From assembly GCA_040954595.2 (NCBI GenBank), contig CM082581.2, positions 6,564,699 through 6,628,698 on the forward strand: 64,000 nt of DNA, in the 5' to 3' direction. The notes beneath the pieces are model-generated. The model saw nothing but the letters and a program-made list of their open reading frames with translations. It searched no databases and had not been told where the DNA came from. The DNA comes from Balanoglossus misakiensis. Its lineage: Eukaryota; Animalia; Hemichordata. The position numbers and the translations under genes are program-made. Shown here one piece after another: positions 1 through 12,905 of this stretch (the first letter of the stretch is position 1; each line of letters opens with the position of its first letter).

Positions 1-3000
1 TTCACGTCACGTTAAATTTTAGAACGAGTTTACACCAAAATTCTAAAGAGACCTCGGTGTGGCCACTTGGGGTCAGAGGTCGCACGAATAATTACCTTCA
101 ATGACTTGTGACACAGTGTCAGTTGCAAGGCATGTACTTAAATTGGATATTTATGACAAGAGAACAAATGAAGTCACCATGTTGTTGTAGGAAACTGACT
201 TTTTCAGCATTCTTTGAAATAGTAGAAAAATTCTTTCCTGTTTGGGTTTGAATAGCTGCTGCCACAAAACCCTGTCCTCTGTTGGCAGACAGCACAAGAA
301 AAAAAAAGTTTCAAATCATTTACTGCACAAAATTGCATAAGTACATGTACATTATCTGCAGCATATCACATTTGGAGAAACCTTAAATTTCCTGAATAAC
401 AGGAAAACTAGACGTAGAATTATCCAAACAAGTATGTCCAGACTTGTTTTAGTTATTAACCGCATTTTAATTGTTTGTAGAAAATATAGGGTACTTACTA
501 GTCTAATTTTACACAGAGAGAGGTGTAAAAGGTATCTGTGTTGTTTGTTTGTTTTCCAGTTATCTTATTTTGCCCAGGTTTGGGCGAAAAACTTATAATC
601 AAATGATGGATGTATATTTTGAGATATTTAAATTCTGAATGTGAACTTTGACCGTCTCCGTGGTGCCATCCTGCTTAACTTTTGAATCCAGAGATGTATT
701 CTTGCATTATATAGACACTCACAGACTTGTGTGGACTGCCCATTGAGTGGAATCTGACAGGTCTGTGTCATTTGCGCTTCGGTATAAACCTAATATTACA
801 TTGTGGCCGCAAGAAACCTTTGGCTGACATGTATGTAATTCCTCCCCCCTTCTTACCCATCATGTGAAAAAAGAATAGTCTTTTTAGTTTTTGAGAAATT
901 TACAATTAACTCCCACATGTTGAAAATAAAGGGTGTTGACCTGAGACTTTTTGCACCTTCAAAAGCAAATCCTACATGTACATTGAAATGTATAAGGTGG
1001 TAGCTTGCTTGTCTTTTTTAAAAGTTTGCAGGTCAGGTCTTGACAATTGTGTGGTATTGTACATCAATTTTATGCCCCGTCAATCTGTTCGGAAATTCTT
1101 ACTTTTCCACCCTGTCCAAAAAAAAACCTAGATAGGCAAGCTCCCAGTAAAAAAATATATACAGTGAGCTAGAACCATAGCTGCTGTTTGTATTTAATAG
1201 TTAGAGCCTGATGAAATCCTTTCCCTGAAACTGTTGTCAGCCCCATGACTTTTATAAACTTTAAGTTACATACTCTGTTTAGAATAAATGTTCGCTTTTT
1301 TATGTTTTGTCTACACTTGTATCATTCCATGTCAGTGGCGGGTATAAGCCAGCAATTGTTATCTCAACAAAAATAAATTTGACGTGTTGTCTGCGAGATA
1401 TAAATGTTGCACTTTTAACTTCAAAACCTTGATGTTATGTAAAGAACTCGCTATTGGTAGAATTTGTCAATCAGCCCAATTCTCTTTGCTATAGCTACCC
1501 CCTCCCATCCCCCCACCTCATTAAGGCGCACATGGGTAAATGTGTCAGCTCAAAACTGCAGTTTGCATCCTCAATAACGCAGTGCGAAATCTGATAATTA
1601 CCACTTTTGTTTGAAATACAGAGTTGTGGTATATACATTCATTATTGTGAAGTTCCTAACCTTTAATGGAAAAAAGTGCAAATATTTCTTAAACCGTCAA
1701 GTTTTGAAGAAAAAGATGGCATACCTTTGTCTTTTGAGAATTTCAAGAGTACACTCATTTTTATGAAAAATCTTAGTGTATTCATTTTTTTTGCAAGATT
1801 GAAGAAAAAAAATAATGCCGTTAATACTTGCGGCTGAAATGAGAAATATGTTGAAAATATGATTCTGTCAGACTACTGTACTTTTCATTTGTTATGGAGG
1901 ACTCCACTTGATCTGATACTTATTGAGATGTTGTAAGTCATTTACTTAGTATGTGTGTATATCCTGTCAGGTTTTATCAGTGTAGCCTCTTTTGGAAGAA
2001 ATAAAAAAAAGATGAAACTGTCCTGAAGAATAATGTGTCTTTGCCTGTTTTTACAATGGCAGTGATGATGCCATAGCAACCCAGAACATGAATTCTTTTT
2101 ACAGAAGCACACACCTTGACATTGGAGAAAAATATACATGTAAATATTTACTTTAATCTGACTGAGTTAAATACTGAGAACATAAATACATAAAATGCAC
2201 TGAAGATGAAGGATAGTGTTGGGTTTTTCCAGTGTATATTTTGCAATGTACACAATTATCAAAACTCCTGAAGCTTGTAGTTAAGTCCAGTGGACGGTTA
2301 TAACTTACAAAAAACTTGATGACTACTAGAATTTGCCGCTTTCACACGATAGTTTTCGATTCAGTCTCATTTTGGAAATGGACGACCAAGATGAAATTCT
2401 AGGCATACAATTAGTATAACAGGAGTACAGATCTGTCATGTTATTACATTGTATGTCACACTGCATTGCCATTAATGTTTGAGCATGGTGTAGGCATAAA
2501 ATTGTGTACACTTTAGCAAAATACAGGGTATGAAAGTGAAAAATATAAAGTTTTGAAAACATACAAGTACAGTACTAAGTGTACGGTAGGTATTTGAAGA
2601 TGTTATGAATATCTTTCTTGCAAATACCGGTACATTAGTTCCTGAGCTGGGGTGATGCTGAAATGTGCATTCGTGATTTTTCTGAAATCAAAATTTGAAA
2701 CACTCGAAATTTCATGACAGCATGAGTAACAAGATCAAGGATTGAATTGCATTTTTTCCAGAATTTAAAAGACTCTCCATGAATGGTTCAAAGGTTCAGC
2801 CTAAGGTTCTGATAAAAATTTTACCACCCTGAGCCCTTCACCTCGAACTTCAGTTTTATCTAATTGTTTTTTAAATAAGATATTCTGTGCAGCACACTTT
2901 CAAAATTCTCAAATTCTAAGTAGCGTTTGTGGTAAATGCAAAGTGTGCCTTACAAAAAAACTTATTCTATCTTGAGTATTTGTATGAAAACATCAGAAGT

Positions 3001-3710
3001 ATCATTGTTTTCGTATATATGTCTATTTTTAAGAAAATTCATGGTATACTAGCCGAATATTACGACACTTAGCCAAATTTTTGCACTGCACATAAATGTA
3101 TCTATGTGTGTACATAACAGGGTCTGCATAAAACTTCAATATACAATAACTTACATCTATGATAAGTTAATTTACTCTGGAGTAATTATGTTTTGATAAT
3201 AATATGGACCGTGCCTGCATTTCACCTCACAGCATAAAATCTGGCCACAAAATCGTCAAATTTTCCACTTCAAAAAAAATCCAGTCCCAATAGAATTTAT
3301 CGATTTAAAACTCAGCACAGAACACAGAATCAAGAAAACGAGTTGAATCACATGATTCTGTGGGCAGATCACGTGACTGCGACATGATCACCGTAAAATA
3401 TAGATCAGTGTCACGGCACATCATGATGATTGCTGTATAAAAATGAACTGTTTTCCCTTCTCACATAAGTAGTGAACAATCACAAATCATCATTGAAATC
3501 TACCATGGTGTGCAAAATATATATCAATTTACAGGAAGATTTACACATTTCAGCGAAAACTCTTTATACGTCATCATTGTGTTTATTTCATCACATCACA
3601 CTTACTACGCACACTTCAAGCGAACAATAAGCACAAAAGCTGGCGAGTTGTGTATAGAATTCAGCCCAAACTGATGTCGTTGTCTAGCACCTCGTCAAAT
3701 TCTCCAACTT

Positions 3711-6700
3711 TCACACACGAATGTTGTGCGTTACGGCCCTTGTGAACTCTGTACATGACGCATAGCCGCCCATGTCTCTGGTACGGACCTGGTCGGGAAA
3801 AAAACCCGAGAAACCATTTTTTTAAAACACACAAGAGCTCTGTTCTGCCCCTGACTGTAGCCACCACAACAGCGCTAGGACAGTTTTTCCATATGATCAT
3901 TTGAGGTACACACCAGAAATTGTCACCAACGTTCCATCAAAGTTAAATGTTAGGCCTACATTCTGTGAATAAGGCTTGATCAACCACGACTTTTTTACAC
4001 ATGTTCACTGAAATATTTCTTTTAAAAAAAGGGGCAAAATGAAAGACACTCACTTTCCCAATTTTGATGACCTTCTCGACTGCACTTTGGATCAAGTTAG
4101 CGTGGTGCTGCAAACTGAGAGAGAATGAAAAGACAAAAAAAATATTAAATCTAAATGTATTTCATCAAAATATCACAAAGACAGGTTTCCAATGCTACTG
4201 CTTACACTAACAAGAAGTGTCCCCCGTCAAGTTGATATTACTGATGTCACATTCAGTGGCAAGGGATTATATACTTACTTGAGATGACGTAGCATGTTGG
4301 AGGCACACAACAGCATGGCTGTAGGGTTGGCAAGATTTCTACCGACAGCCTGTGAAAAGGTGTGTCTGGCACCCTGCAAATGACAAGAAGACAGTCAGTC
4401 ACAGATTTTTCTTGCATTTGACCTTATACTACAGAGTACCTCTCTCAATTTGGTTTCATTTGACACAACCCTTATTACCCTGTACCAACCACTCTTTCAA
4501 TACTTTCAAGGCAATAGTCATTATTTTTCACAAAATTTTGACAATGCAAATTATACCCACTTGGTCTAGAATTAATGGGGGAAATGAGTGAAACACCACA
4601 TTTTGACAGCGAAAAATGTGGCATTCAAAGGATTAATATGGATAAACATGTTTAAAGTACCCAGGCTACATTCATATCAATATTGCTGTGTAACTAAACA
4701 ATATATCAGACTGACTTGAAAAAATAGAAATACTGGTACATTCTATCATCTTGTAAATTAGGAACCCTCTACATGTTCAATTTTCATCAATATTGCCCAC
4801 AAATTGACACTCAATTCTGTTCTCATGCATTTTGCAATATAAAAAAAACATCTAGAATTCTCAGATGCCAGTAATATGTCGTGACACAAACCAAATTCGC
4901 AGTACAGTATGTTTCTTAATCTAATTTGGCCCAGATCCCAGGGACATTAAGCATTAATAAAATTTATGAAAAGGCAATTACCATAAGAGTTATATATTAA
5001 AATGTCTTTTGATAGCACAGACTTCCGACAGAAATGCTAAGCGACATCCTTAACATCTGCATTAAGCTCTTTCGCTCACAAATTACATTGATTAGAGTCG
5101 TATTATGAGATTTCATCCAACAAACAAAGGCAGGCAAAGTATAATGAATATTATTGATCATTTTAAGACAATTATTTATTAACTGCTTTGCTGCTGGTAC
5201 GATGTTGCCATGGAAATCTCTCATCTGTACAGACTGACTGTTGTCATGGAGACTACCTAATGCACTCTGGAATGGAGCTTACTGTACTGAGTGCAAAAAA
5301 TTGTAATATTATTGACTTTGGTTAAGGTCAATGACTCAAATACTCCATGATTTTATGTCTCAGTGAAAATCTTTCTTTCTGGAGAAGACAGGAAACTTCT
5401 TTTTGCAGACACTCTTTGTTTTTGTGAGTAAAATTATACCTGAAGCATAAAATTCGCTTTTTTTGGAAAAAATTCATAAAAACAGACATTCAAAATTATT
5501 TATCATGGGGCTTCCATAAGCAATTTACACCAACATTTACTGCTGTGCACTGCATTAGTAGGGCTGACCCCCATCCCAACCCGGTATCCTTACGTGTATA
5601 TATAATTCTAATTAAGGTTCACCACAGCCTCCCACTCACCATCCCATCATACCTTGCAGCCTGGCACCAAACACAGTGAACTTACCGGCTCAAAGATGGC
5701 AAAGTGGTTGGAGTAGCTCTCGCCCGGCACAACACCGGCGCCACCAACAAGTCCGGCCGCTACGTTGTCAACTATGCTGCCGTACAAGTTAGGCATCACC
5801 ATGACGTCAAACTGGTGAGGGTTAGACACAAGCTGCATACAACAGTTATCAATGATCATCGCCTCAAATTTGATCTTGGGATACAATTCCGATATCTCTT
5901 GACAGCTTTGAAGAAACAAACCGTCACTAAGTTTCCTGCAGAAACAAAATCAGAAACACAAAATAAATATGAGCTTGATTTAACTGCCAACAAGAAAAGA
6001 ATATGTCTGCCGCTAGCCAGTGACAAGACTTGATCTGATACGAGTAACTATAGCAACTCATTTTCATATTTGGGAAACATGTCACGAAATCAGCAGTTTA
6101 GTTTACTGGTTTGATTTCACTGCAACTCAAACAATATGCAAATTGTGCACAGTGCTATTTTCACGTTGATATCTTGGTGGGACTTACATGATGTTGGCTT
6201 TATGCACTGCGGTGACCTTCTGTCTGTTGTGTTTTGTGGCGTAGTCAAACGCAAACTTGGCGATTCGTCTCGAGTTGGCCCTGGTTATGATCTTTAGGCA
6301 CTCAACAACTCCAGTCACGCTCTGCGATGGTTGAATATGAGACATGATTTCATCGTTACCAGGTGTACACATGGTTGAGTTTACCAGATGTCACCTTCAC
6401 AATCAGAGGTTGATAATTTGTTTGTGTATACCCTTCAGTCAACATGGTCCAATCCAAGATTGAGAGAAAAATCATGAAAATCACAAACAAAATGTCAGCA
6501 GTCAGGGCTTTGCACAGTCCAACATACCTCATGTTCCAGCGAACTGTATTCTCCCTCCGTCTGTTCCCTGATGACAACCAAATCCAGATTGCTGTGTTTT
6601 GTATGCAGGCCTGGTAAACTACGGCACCTCACCACATTAGCAAACATATCCAGCCCCTTCCTGTACAAAAAGTAGACAATGAGCGCTGAACTATGCTTGC

Positions 6701-8452
6701 ACACAGAAACATTTCATTATGTGCCAAAAATGGCCGCGTGTGTACCTTGCTTTCAGAATAGTATAGAATAACAAGTTGTTGCACTTCTTAATTCATCTAC
6801 TTAAAATAACTTATGTCTTTTATACAAATCACCAATCGAATGCTGTCTCTCTAATAGAAACATAACAAACATAGGGGCCACATATTTTGCAACATTACCT
6901 GATTTTCATGTTGAGGGTTTCCAGTTCTCCTTTGTCATGGAAGGGACTTTCTATGTGACCTTTCAGACTGACATTATTTCTCTTGAAGGAATCGATGATA
7001 ACATCCATAGATGCACTGTGTCCATGGACCTCACTGTGAAGGAATATTAAATACCAAAGGTAATGTACATTTTGCCTTTTTTATGTAGATCAATAATTTA
7101 CCACATTATTTTCTTCACCACCATTTGTATCGTATCATAATCATTTCCAAAGAAGAACTTCGGATCACAATTTTCTTCTCATCAATAAAATTGTTATATA
7201 TTTTTATTTTCTAAATGCATCAATTTTGATATCTAAATGGGTGAGGTTTACCAACAAAAACAGTTAGCAAATTCAGGATTGACAAGCAGGGTTTTTTACC
7301 TCACAAAGATTTCTTCAAACTCCACTGGCACTCCGGAATGTTTAAACACTTCCTTGACACACGCCATCAACTCCGGGCCGACTCCATCGCCAGGTATCAA
7401 CGTAACTCTCTGTAAGCCTTCTTTGCCATCGTGTGAGTGCTACAGTTTTGAAAAGGGTAGTGTTTTTTAGAAAAGACATGCAGAGGTTTTTTTCAACAAA
7501 AACAGGTTCAAGAAAATACTGGAACAATACAGTATTTGGTTTATCTGTGCTGGCTACATTTGTTTGGACAGGGACTCCCTGCAAAGACTATGGAGTCCAG
7601 AATGGCCAAACTTAACTTATGTCTGACTTTTCAGAAATGGCCATCACATTCTGTACTGTGTACTTACATTTGCTTGCTGTGGCTTTGCTTGTGATGTTGA
7701 AAAATGCCTAGCAACATTACACCAGCCACTATCAGAGATCTGCAATTACAAAACAGCAGAGACTTAACCATGTGAATCCTATTTCCCTGTACAGAGATCC
7801 ACCACTGCCATTGAGAATAACTGAGTTGGACCTGCCCTAACAGGATAAATTATACAACTGGTTCCAGGAAAGTAGCAGTCTAAGCAGAATACCAGGGTAA
7901 TCTTCGACGTCGTATAAGATCATGCCCGAGACCTTTCCCATACTGAAGAGTTTGGTTGATTTATCACTGGAATGTGTTTACAATCAACACCTTCAATCCA
8001 TGCACAGTTACATGTATACGTGAACATGTCTGTTATATGCAAATGAGCAACTCTATAAAGTTACGCAACACCAATAAATGTACTCAACATGACAACATAA
8101 TGGTAGTGGACGAAGACGAAGACAACGAGCGCTTTCAAATTTCAATAAAAATATAATCATGATGTCATTTCGGTAATAATTCTGACAGTTGTGTGTGGTC
8201 TTCTCGCATGATTATGAATTCCAGTGAAAAACACGCGTACAAGCCACGGCCACCACAAGCGCCACCACTAGACGAAACTCATCTACAACTTCAAGTTCAT
8301 GTTTCGGCTGCAGTAAAATGAAAATGCACTGTTAAACCTTTGTGATTCATGGAATGTTCGTTTCCAAGTGAAATATACGTCATTAGAGAAATATAAACAT
8401 GCAAATTCACCTGTAAACCAACTCGACAGATACGTCTCAGTGCACTCGCCAT
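3711..8452 (-). CDS. IDH3B: NAD-dependent isocitrate dehydrogenase 3 subunit beta, mitochondrial (about 379 aa, 10 exons)
   Basis: Exons 8452-8411, 7739-7668, 7439-7300, 7033-6899, 6660-6528, 6321-6188, 5935-5686, 4373-4279, 4114-4054, 3788-3711; all GT-AG with compatible phases, 1140 nt in total. Motifs [89 protein letters not shown] match the beta subunit. The N-terminus [14 protein letters not shown]...RHFSTS looks like a mitochondrial presequence. Candidate poly(A) signal at 3582-3587. Confidence 0.95.
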
Positions 8453-9424
8453 CGTACTCTCGGACAATCGTTTCCACTTCCGCCAGAGCCTTTAGGTGAA
8501 CCGAAATTGTTTCTCTTGAATATTTTCGCCGAGTTAAGTAGGCTTTTTTTTCTGATTCGTCACTGCACTGCTGAGATAGTATCTGCTGCGCAGTACAGAA
8601 TAATCCCGATTTTTAAAGGACTAATAGCTGCAGTTCTGTAGCTGGAAGTTTTGCCTTGGTTTGTGTATTAGACTGGTTTTGCCGTCTAACGTACACACAA
8701 ACCAAGTCAAAACCTCGAGCTACTGAATTCCAGCTATAAATTTTAAATGCAAGTGTAGGGGTCTATATTGAAGTTGCTGAGTTTTAGAAGTTAACATAAC
8801 AAAGCAAAACATTTTCTCTTTTTTTATTGGAGTTATCAAGTAATCTGAATACAAATCTCATCCCAGAGAAATGAACATTTTTACATTACAGAAGTCATTG
8901 AAATACTTGTTGAAACAACATTCATACGTTCTCATTATAAATTGACATGTCTGTTGTGCATGGGTATCGGTGGATATTAGAACTGTAAATTCCCCATTTC
9001 TTCTCCCGAACAAACATACACTATAACAGACAGTTTTGGATCACCTAGTATGATCTGCCATTTTTTTTGTCTTTGCTTGATTTTTAATTTTTGTGCCAAT
9101 AACAGTTTACTATAAAATTGCTTCATTCATACATGTATTTGAAAACAAAAATGTCAATTCTCAAAAAATACAATATTTGGTTATGTAAAGATTACATTCT
9201 CATTTCCTGCACCCTCACCAATATCAAATGAGTTATCCCTTACGCATGTCCATGTACCAGTGTAAGGTGTAAAGTACACACAACCCTCATGCCACTGTGG
9301 TTGGTATGTGGGCCAAGGACGACATGACCTGGGTCATAGCCGTTCAATAATCTACATAGTACAAAGTGCGCAGCGTAGAATCAAGAAACGACGAAACAAC
9401 CGAAAACAGCTTAAAAGGATTAAT
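8453..9424. promoter_or_regulatory. Putative bidirectional promoter between IDH3B and the AhpD-like gene
   Basis: Divergent ATGs 972 bp apart; locally CpG-richer near both starts; ETS/GABP-type CGGAAGTG on the minus strand at 8475-8482; everted nuclear-receptor half-sites TGACCT-GGGTCA near 9325-9336. Confidence 0.55.
8613..8746. mobile_element. Palindromic MITE-like element (hairpin family B, copy 1), TTAA-flanked
   Basis: Left arm ATAGCTGCAGTTCTGTAGCTGGAAGTTTTGCCTTGGTTTGTGTATTAGAC is the imperfect reverse complement of right arm GTCTAAC...CACAAACCAAGTCAAAACCTCGAGCTACTGAATTCCAGCTAT; TTAA at 8613-8616 and 8743-8746. Confidence 0.7.
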
Positions 9425-11309
9425 ATGTCTGGGATACGAGGTCTGTGGCATTTGTGTCGGGTCGGACAAGTGAGTTATCATATTTACTTCATTATGTTTT
9501 GATGACCTCTATGGCATCTAAATAGTCGGCCTGTAAATACCGTGTATGTGGGTGTGGATCCAATGCCTGTGGGCAAAACCCATGGAGGCGGTACCTCCAT
9601 GGCAAAACCTTACACAGTCAGGGATTGTGACACAGCTAGTATACTCAGTGAACCACATTTAAATTAGAGTTTAGAGGGAGCACTGAGAATATAGCGAGTG
9701 AGACTATTCATACATGATCATTCAAATTTCAAGTGTGGCGATTCATAACATAGCTCAGCTGTAGTTTTAATAGCTCTTGGTTTTGCCTGTTGGTTTATGT
9801 GTTTAGACTGGTCAACAACAACAACAAGATTACTAAGTTCTGTATGGTCTTCCTGTCTAACACACAAGCCAACCGGCAAAACCTACCCATATCAGTAATT
9901 CAATGGATTGTATATACAATACAGACTGAATGAGATATTTCACATGTACCTAATAACCAGCCGTATTGTTATTAGCATTATCAATGATTTTGTCTTTTCA
10001 CTGCTGCAGAGACAGGTGTGGCAGATTCCTGGTGTTACAAGATGCTCTGTAGGAAGTCCATACTGCAGCCACCCAATCAGTCGGTATCCAGTTCCGGAAA
10101 AGAAGGATTTGCCAGAAGACATGGTCCAGCAGATGGATGAAGTGGAAGAAAAAGTTGGTCACTTTTGAATGAGCATTTATTGCATGTGTCATTACTGTTT
10201 CTGTCATTGCCAATATATAGATACGAGTCTGGGACTAACAGCAACGTTGCAGATTATGAAATTTATCCAGCCCATCTTCCAATGTACGAAACTGCTTGTT
10301 GACAGCAATGGGTGATCTGTAAGCCCTTTCACCCCCATGCAGTTCTATAGAGGTCCAACTTTACCATAGAAAGCAATGGATTTGGGTCAAACCATTGTGA
10401 TGAAAGGGTTCAACGTGTTTATATTAAAGATCTATCCTCATTATTTTTTTCTCCAACAGTCTGGGTTTTTACCAAATGTCTTTAAAGCCCTGTCTCACAG
10501 GCCGGACGAGTTCCGCGCCTTCTTCGCTTACTACGATGCCCTGATGAACAAAGAGACCGGCAGGCTGACCAAAGCTGACAAAGAGATGATTGTTGTGGCC
10601 ACAAGCGCGCACAATAACTGTCTGTACTGTGTCGTAGCGCACGGAGCACTCTTGAGGGTTTTTTCAAAGAACAGAATCCTAGCTGACCAGGTAGGTGACA
10701 ATATTGACGACTTCTCAGAACAGTTTCTTGCTAAAACATGCTTATCTGCATATTTATATTTAATGAACATTTGGTGATGTAAATTTTAGAGCATTCGACC
10801 AAATTGGTGAAGGACTCTTGGCTACAGGGCATTGATCTCACCAAGATCTGACTGCACTTATTTAAATAAGGCATTGAATCAGGGATGTATGTCCGTAATT
10901 AGTCCCTCCTAAATGTGTATTCCTTGAAGGGTGCCTACCAGAACGTACAGTGACTGTACTAGTACACACCTTCAAATCGCAATGGCACATTCCAAGCACA
11001 CAGAGTTCACATCCAGCAATATGTCTGTCCGTCTCTCAGGTGGCAACCAACTGGCAATGTGCCGACCTGGATGACAGGCAGAGGGCCATTCTGGAATTCG
11101 CCATGCTGGTATGCAAGGGAGAGAGCGTCACAGACGACAGGTTTGCGGCGCTGGAGACGCACGGATTCGATCGGGAGGATGCCTGGGACATAGGAGCCAT
11201 AGCCGCCTTGTTCGCGCTCTCCAACCGTATGGCGCATCTCGCCAACATGCGTCCAAACGACGAGTTCTACACGTTTGGACGTATTCCGCGAGAAAAGAAA
11301 GACAAGTGA
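9425..11309 (+). CDS. AhpD-like / carboxymuconolactone decarboxylase family peroxidase-related enzyme (about 229 aa, 4 exons)
   Basis: Exons 9425-9469, 10010-10153 (alternative in-frame acceptor 10016), 10460-10690, 11040-11309, all phase 0 GT-AG. HPISRYPVP...EKSGFLPNVFKALSHRPDEFRAFFAYYDALM...EMIVVATSAHNNCLYCVVAHG...SNRMAHLANMRPNDEFY matches the bacterial uncharacterised peroxidase-related family, including the AhpD CxxCxxxH motif. Confidence 0.9.
9757..9885. mobile_element. Hairpin family B, degenerate copy 2 (intron 1 of the AhpD-like gene)
   Basis: Arms GGTTTTGCCTGTTGGTTTATGTGTTTAGAC and GTCTAACACACAAGCCAACCGGCAAAACC are inverted repeats and resemble the arms of 8613-8746. Confidence 0.6.
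10320..10413. mobile_element. About 90 bp MITE (family A, copy 1) with CCCTTTCA/TGAAAGGG termini
   Basis: Core AGAGGTCCAACTTTACCATAGAAAGCAATGGATTTGG shared with 12449-12542 and 56788-56885; a degenerate partial copy lies at about 7765-7833. Confidence 0.7.
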
Positions 11310-12448
11310 AAGTAGTCTGTACTTTTTTTTTTTGCATTTTAGAATGTGGGTACCGTACCAAGACTATATATACACCTCTTCATCATTGGAGTGACATTTT
11401 AAATTTGTATGGAATTATTTGCATTAGATACGAGGGCAAGGGATGAGTTCTGGGATAGCTCTTAATGTTTGTATTATGATGAGACTGTTACAAGAAGACC
11501 AGAAAGTGTGAATTCGTGTAAGGCTGTGTGAAGGCGCATTAATAGTAACAGTGATTCCAATGGTATACTGTGCTTGCAATCAACTTTAACCCACCTTTGA
11601 GAGGAATTGCAGATGAAATAGCTAGATTCTGATAAGTGCATAGAGTTACTCTGAATCTATGTTGGTAAATACACTGCAGAAAATTACACAAAAAGCATAT
11701 CTTTAAGAAAACACTTTTATTCTTGTAACGTCATGCTATGTACAATCAGTAAGAGCTATGATAGGAAGTTTTTACCTTTTGGCAGATCCAGTTAAAAAAC
11801 AACAACAGGCCTTTGTGGCCTGCACTACATTGGACCTGAAATTTGCCATCCACTGTAAACAAACATACAGCAACACCAAAACTACCTCTTCCAAAATAGT
11901 TCTTCCCAGAACATGAAAATGCATCCTTCATCAGAATCATACAAACCAATGCAGTATAAATTATTGAATATTGAATTCAGTTCTGTACAATGCACTGGTT
12001 TTTTTTATTTTCCAAATGCAGCTGAAAACTTAAAGCTGAACACATGAACACCCTGGTTCAACAGAATAGGGCACTTTAATATGAAATCAAGCAGTACATC
12101 ATATGGCGTGATCTGGACATATTTATGGGCCATGTTTCAAATTTGTGGTTAGAGAGAGAGAGAGAAGGGTATTGGTTTTTCTGTGCGAATCTTTGCTATG
12201 CATTAACGCTGTTGCAAACAAGAAAAGGGTCCTTGGAACTGGATATACAATGCCCTGTTGTATTCTTTGCACAAAATGAACAGAAACCATCTATACAATA
12301 AAAATAAATATTCAAAATGTAAAATAAAGGGTTCACAAACTATTAAAGCTTGCACATTATTTCAGTTGTCACATCATGGCTTCCAACAGAAATGTATTTA
12401 TGTCCATGGGCACGTACATATAAAGGATATATGTCAGCCTCTGTTTTG

Positions 12449-12542
12449 TTTAAACCTTTCACCCCCAGTTCCGTCTCCAGAGGTCCAACCTTACCATAGA
12501 AAACAATGGGTTTGGACTGAACCATGGTGGTGAAAGGGTTAA
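12449..12542. mobile_element. MITE family A, copy 2 (TTAA target-site duplication, piggyBac-like termini)
   Basis: TTAA-ACCTTTCACC...GGTGAAAGGG-TTAA with the same internal core as 10320-10413. Confidence 0.75.
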
Positions 12543-12905
12543 CCACATAAAAGGTACTCACTGGTTTTATGTACCGTACCAGCGTCTCACTTAACTGATT
12601 ACCTCTGATTTTGCTTGTATTTCAGTCATTATGAGTTCATCACAGAAGCTATTTCAGAACATTCACCTTTCTGTAACTTTATAATAATGGCTGCTACATT
12701 TTTCTTTGAACTTATGTAACAGAAAACATTTCTGTATCAGCAGCTGATCGTATTCCTAATAAAATATGCCCTGATTTTAAAAAGATGCTCCTCTGGCTTG
12801 GGAAATGTCAACTAAGTCTACTCACTGAGCGCGACTGACTGTTCCCTGCACTACATCGATATCACTCTTAAACATTATTTCGAAAATAATGACACTCTTC
12901 GGGAG

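Noticed and set aside
2062-2161. Box C (GTGATGA) and box D (CTGA) pair suggesting a C/D snoRNA
   Set aside because: AT-rich spacer with no rRNA-complementary guide I can recognise, only a 3 bp terminal stem, and no evident host intron.
3424-3494. ATGATGATT/AATCATCAT inverted repeat downstream of the IDH3B TGA as a possible SECIS
   Set aside because: No proper SECIS core and apical AA geometry; the TGA falls at the normal IDH3B C-terminus and readthrough gives no targeting signal.
1-3700. Alternative last exon of IDH3B (as in mammals) or another coding gene
   Set aside because: No second VRTxDMGG-like exon found; the region is AT-rich and UTR/intergenic-like with only short ORFs.
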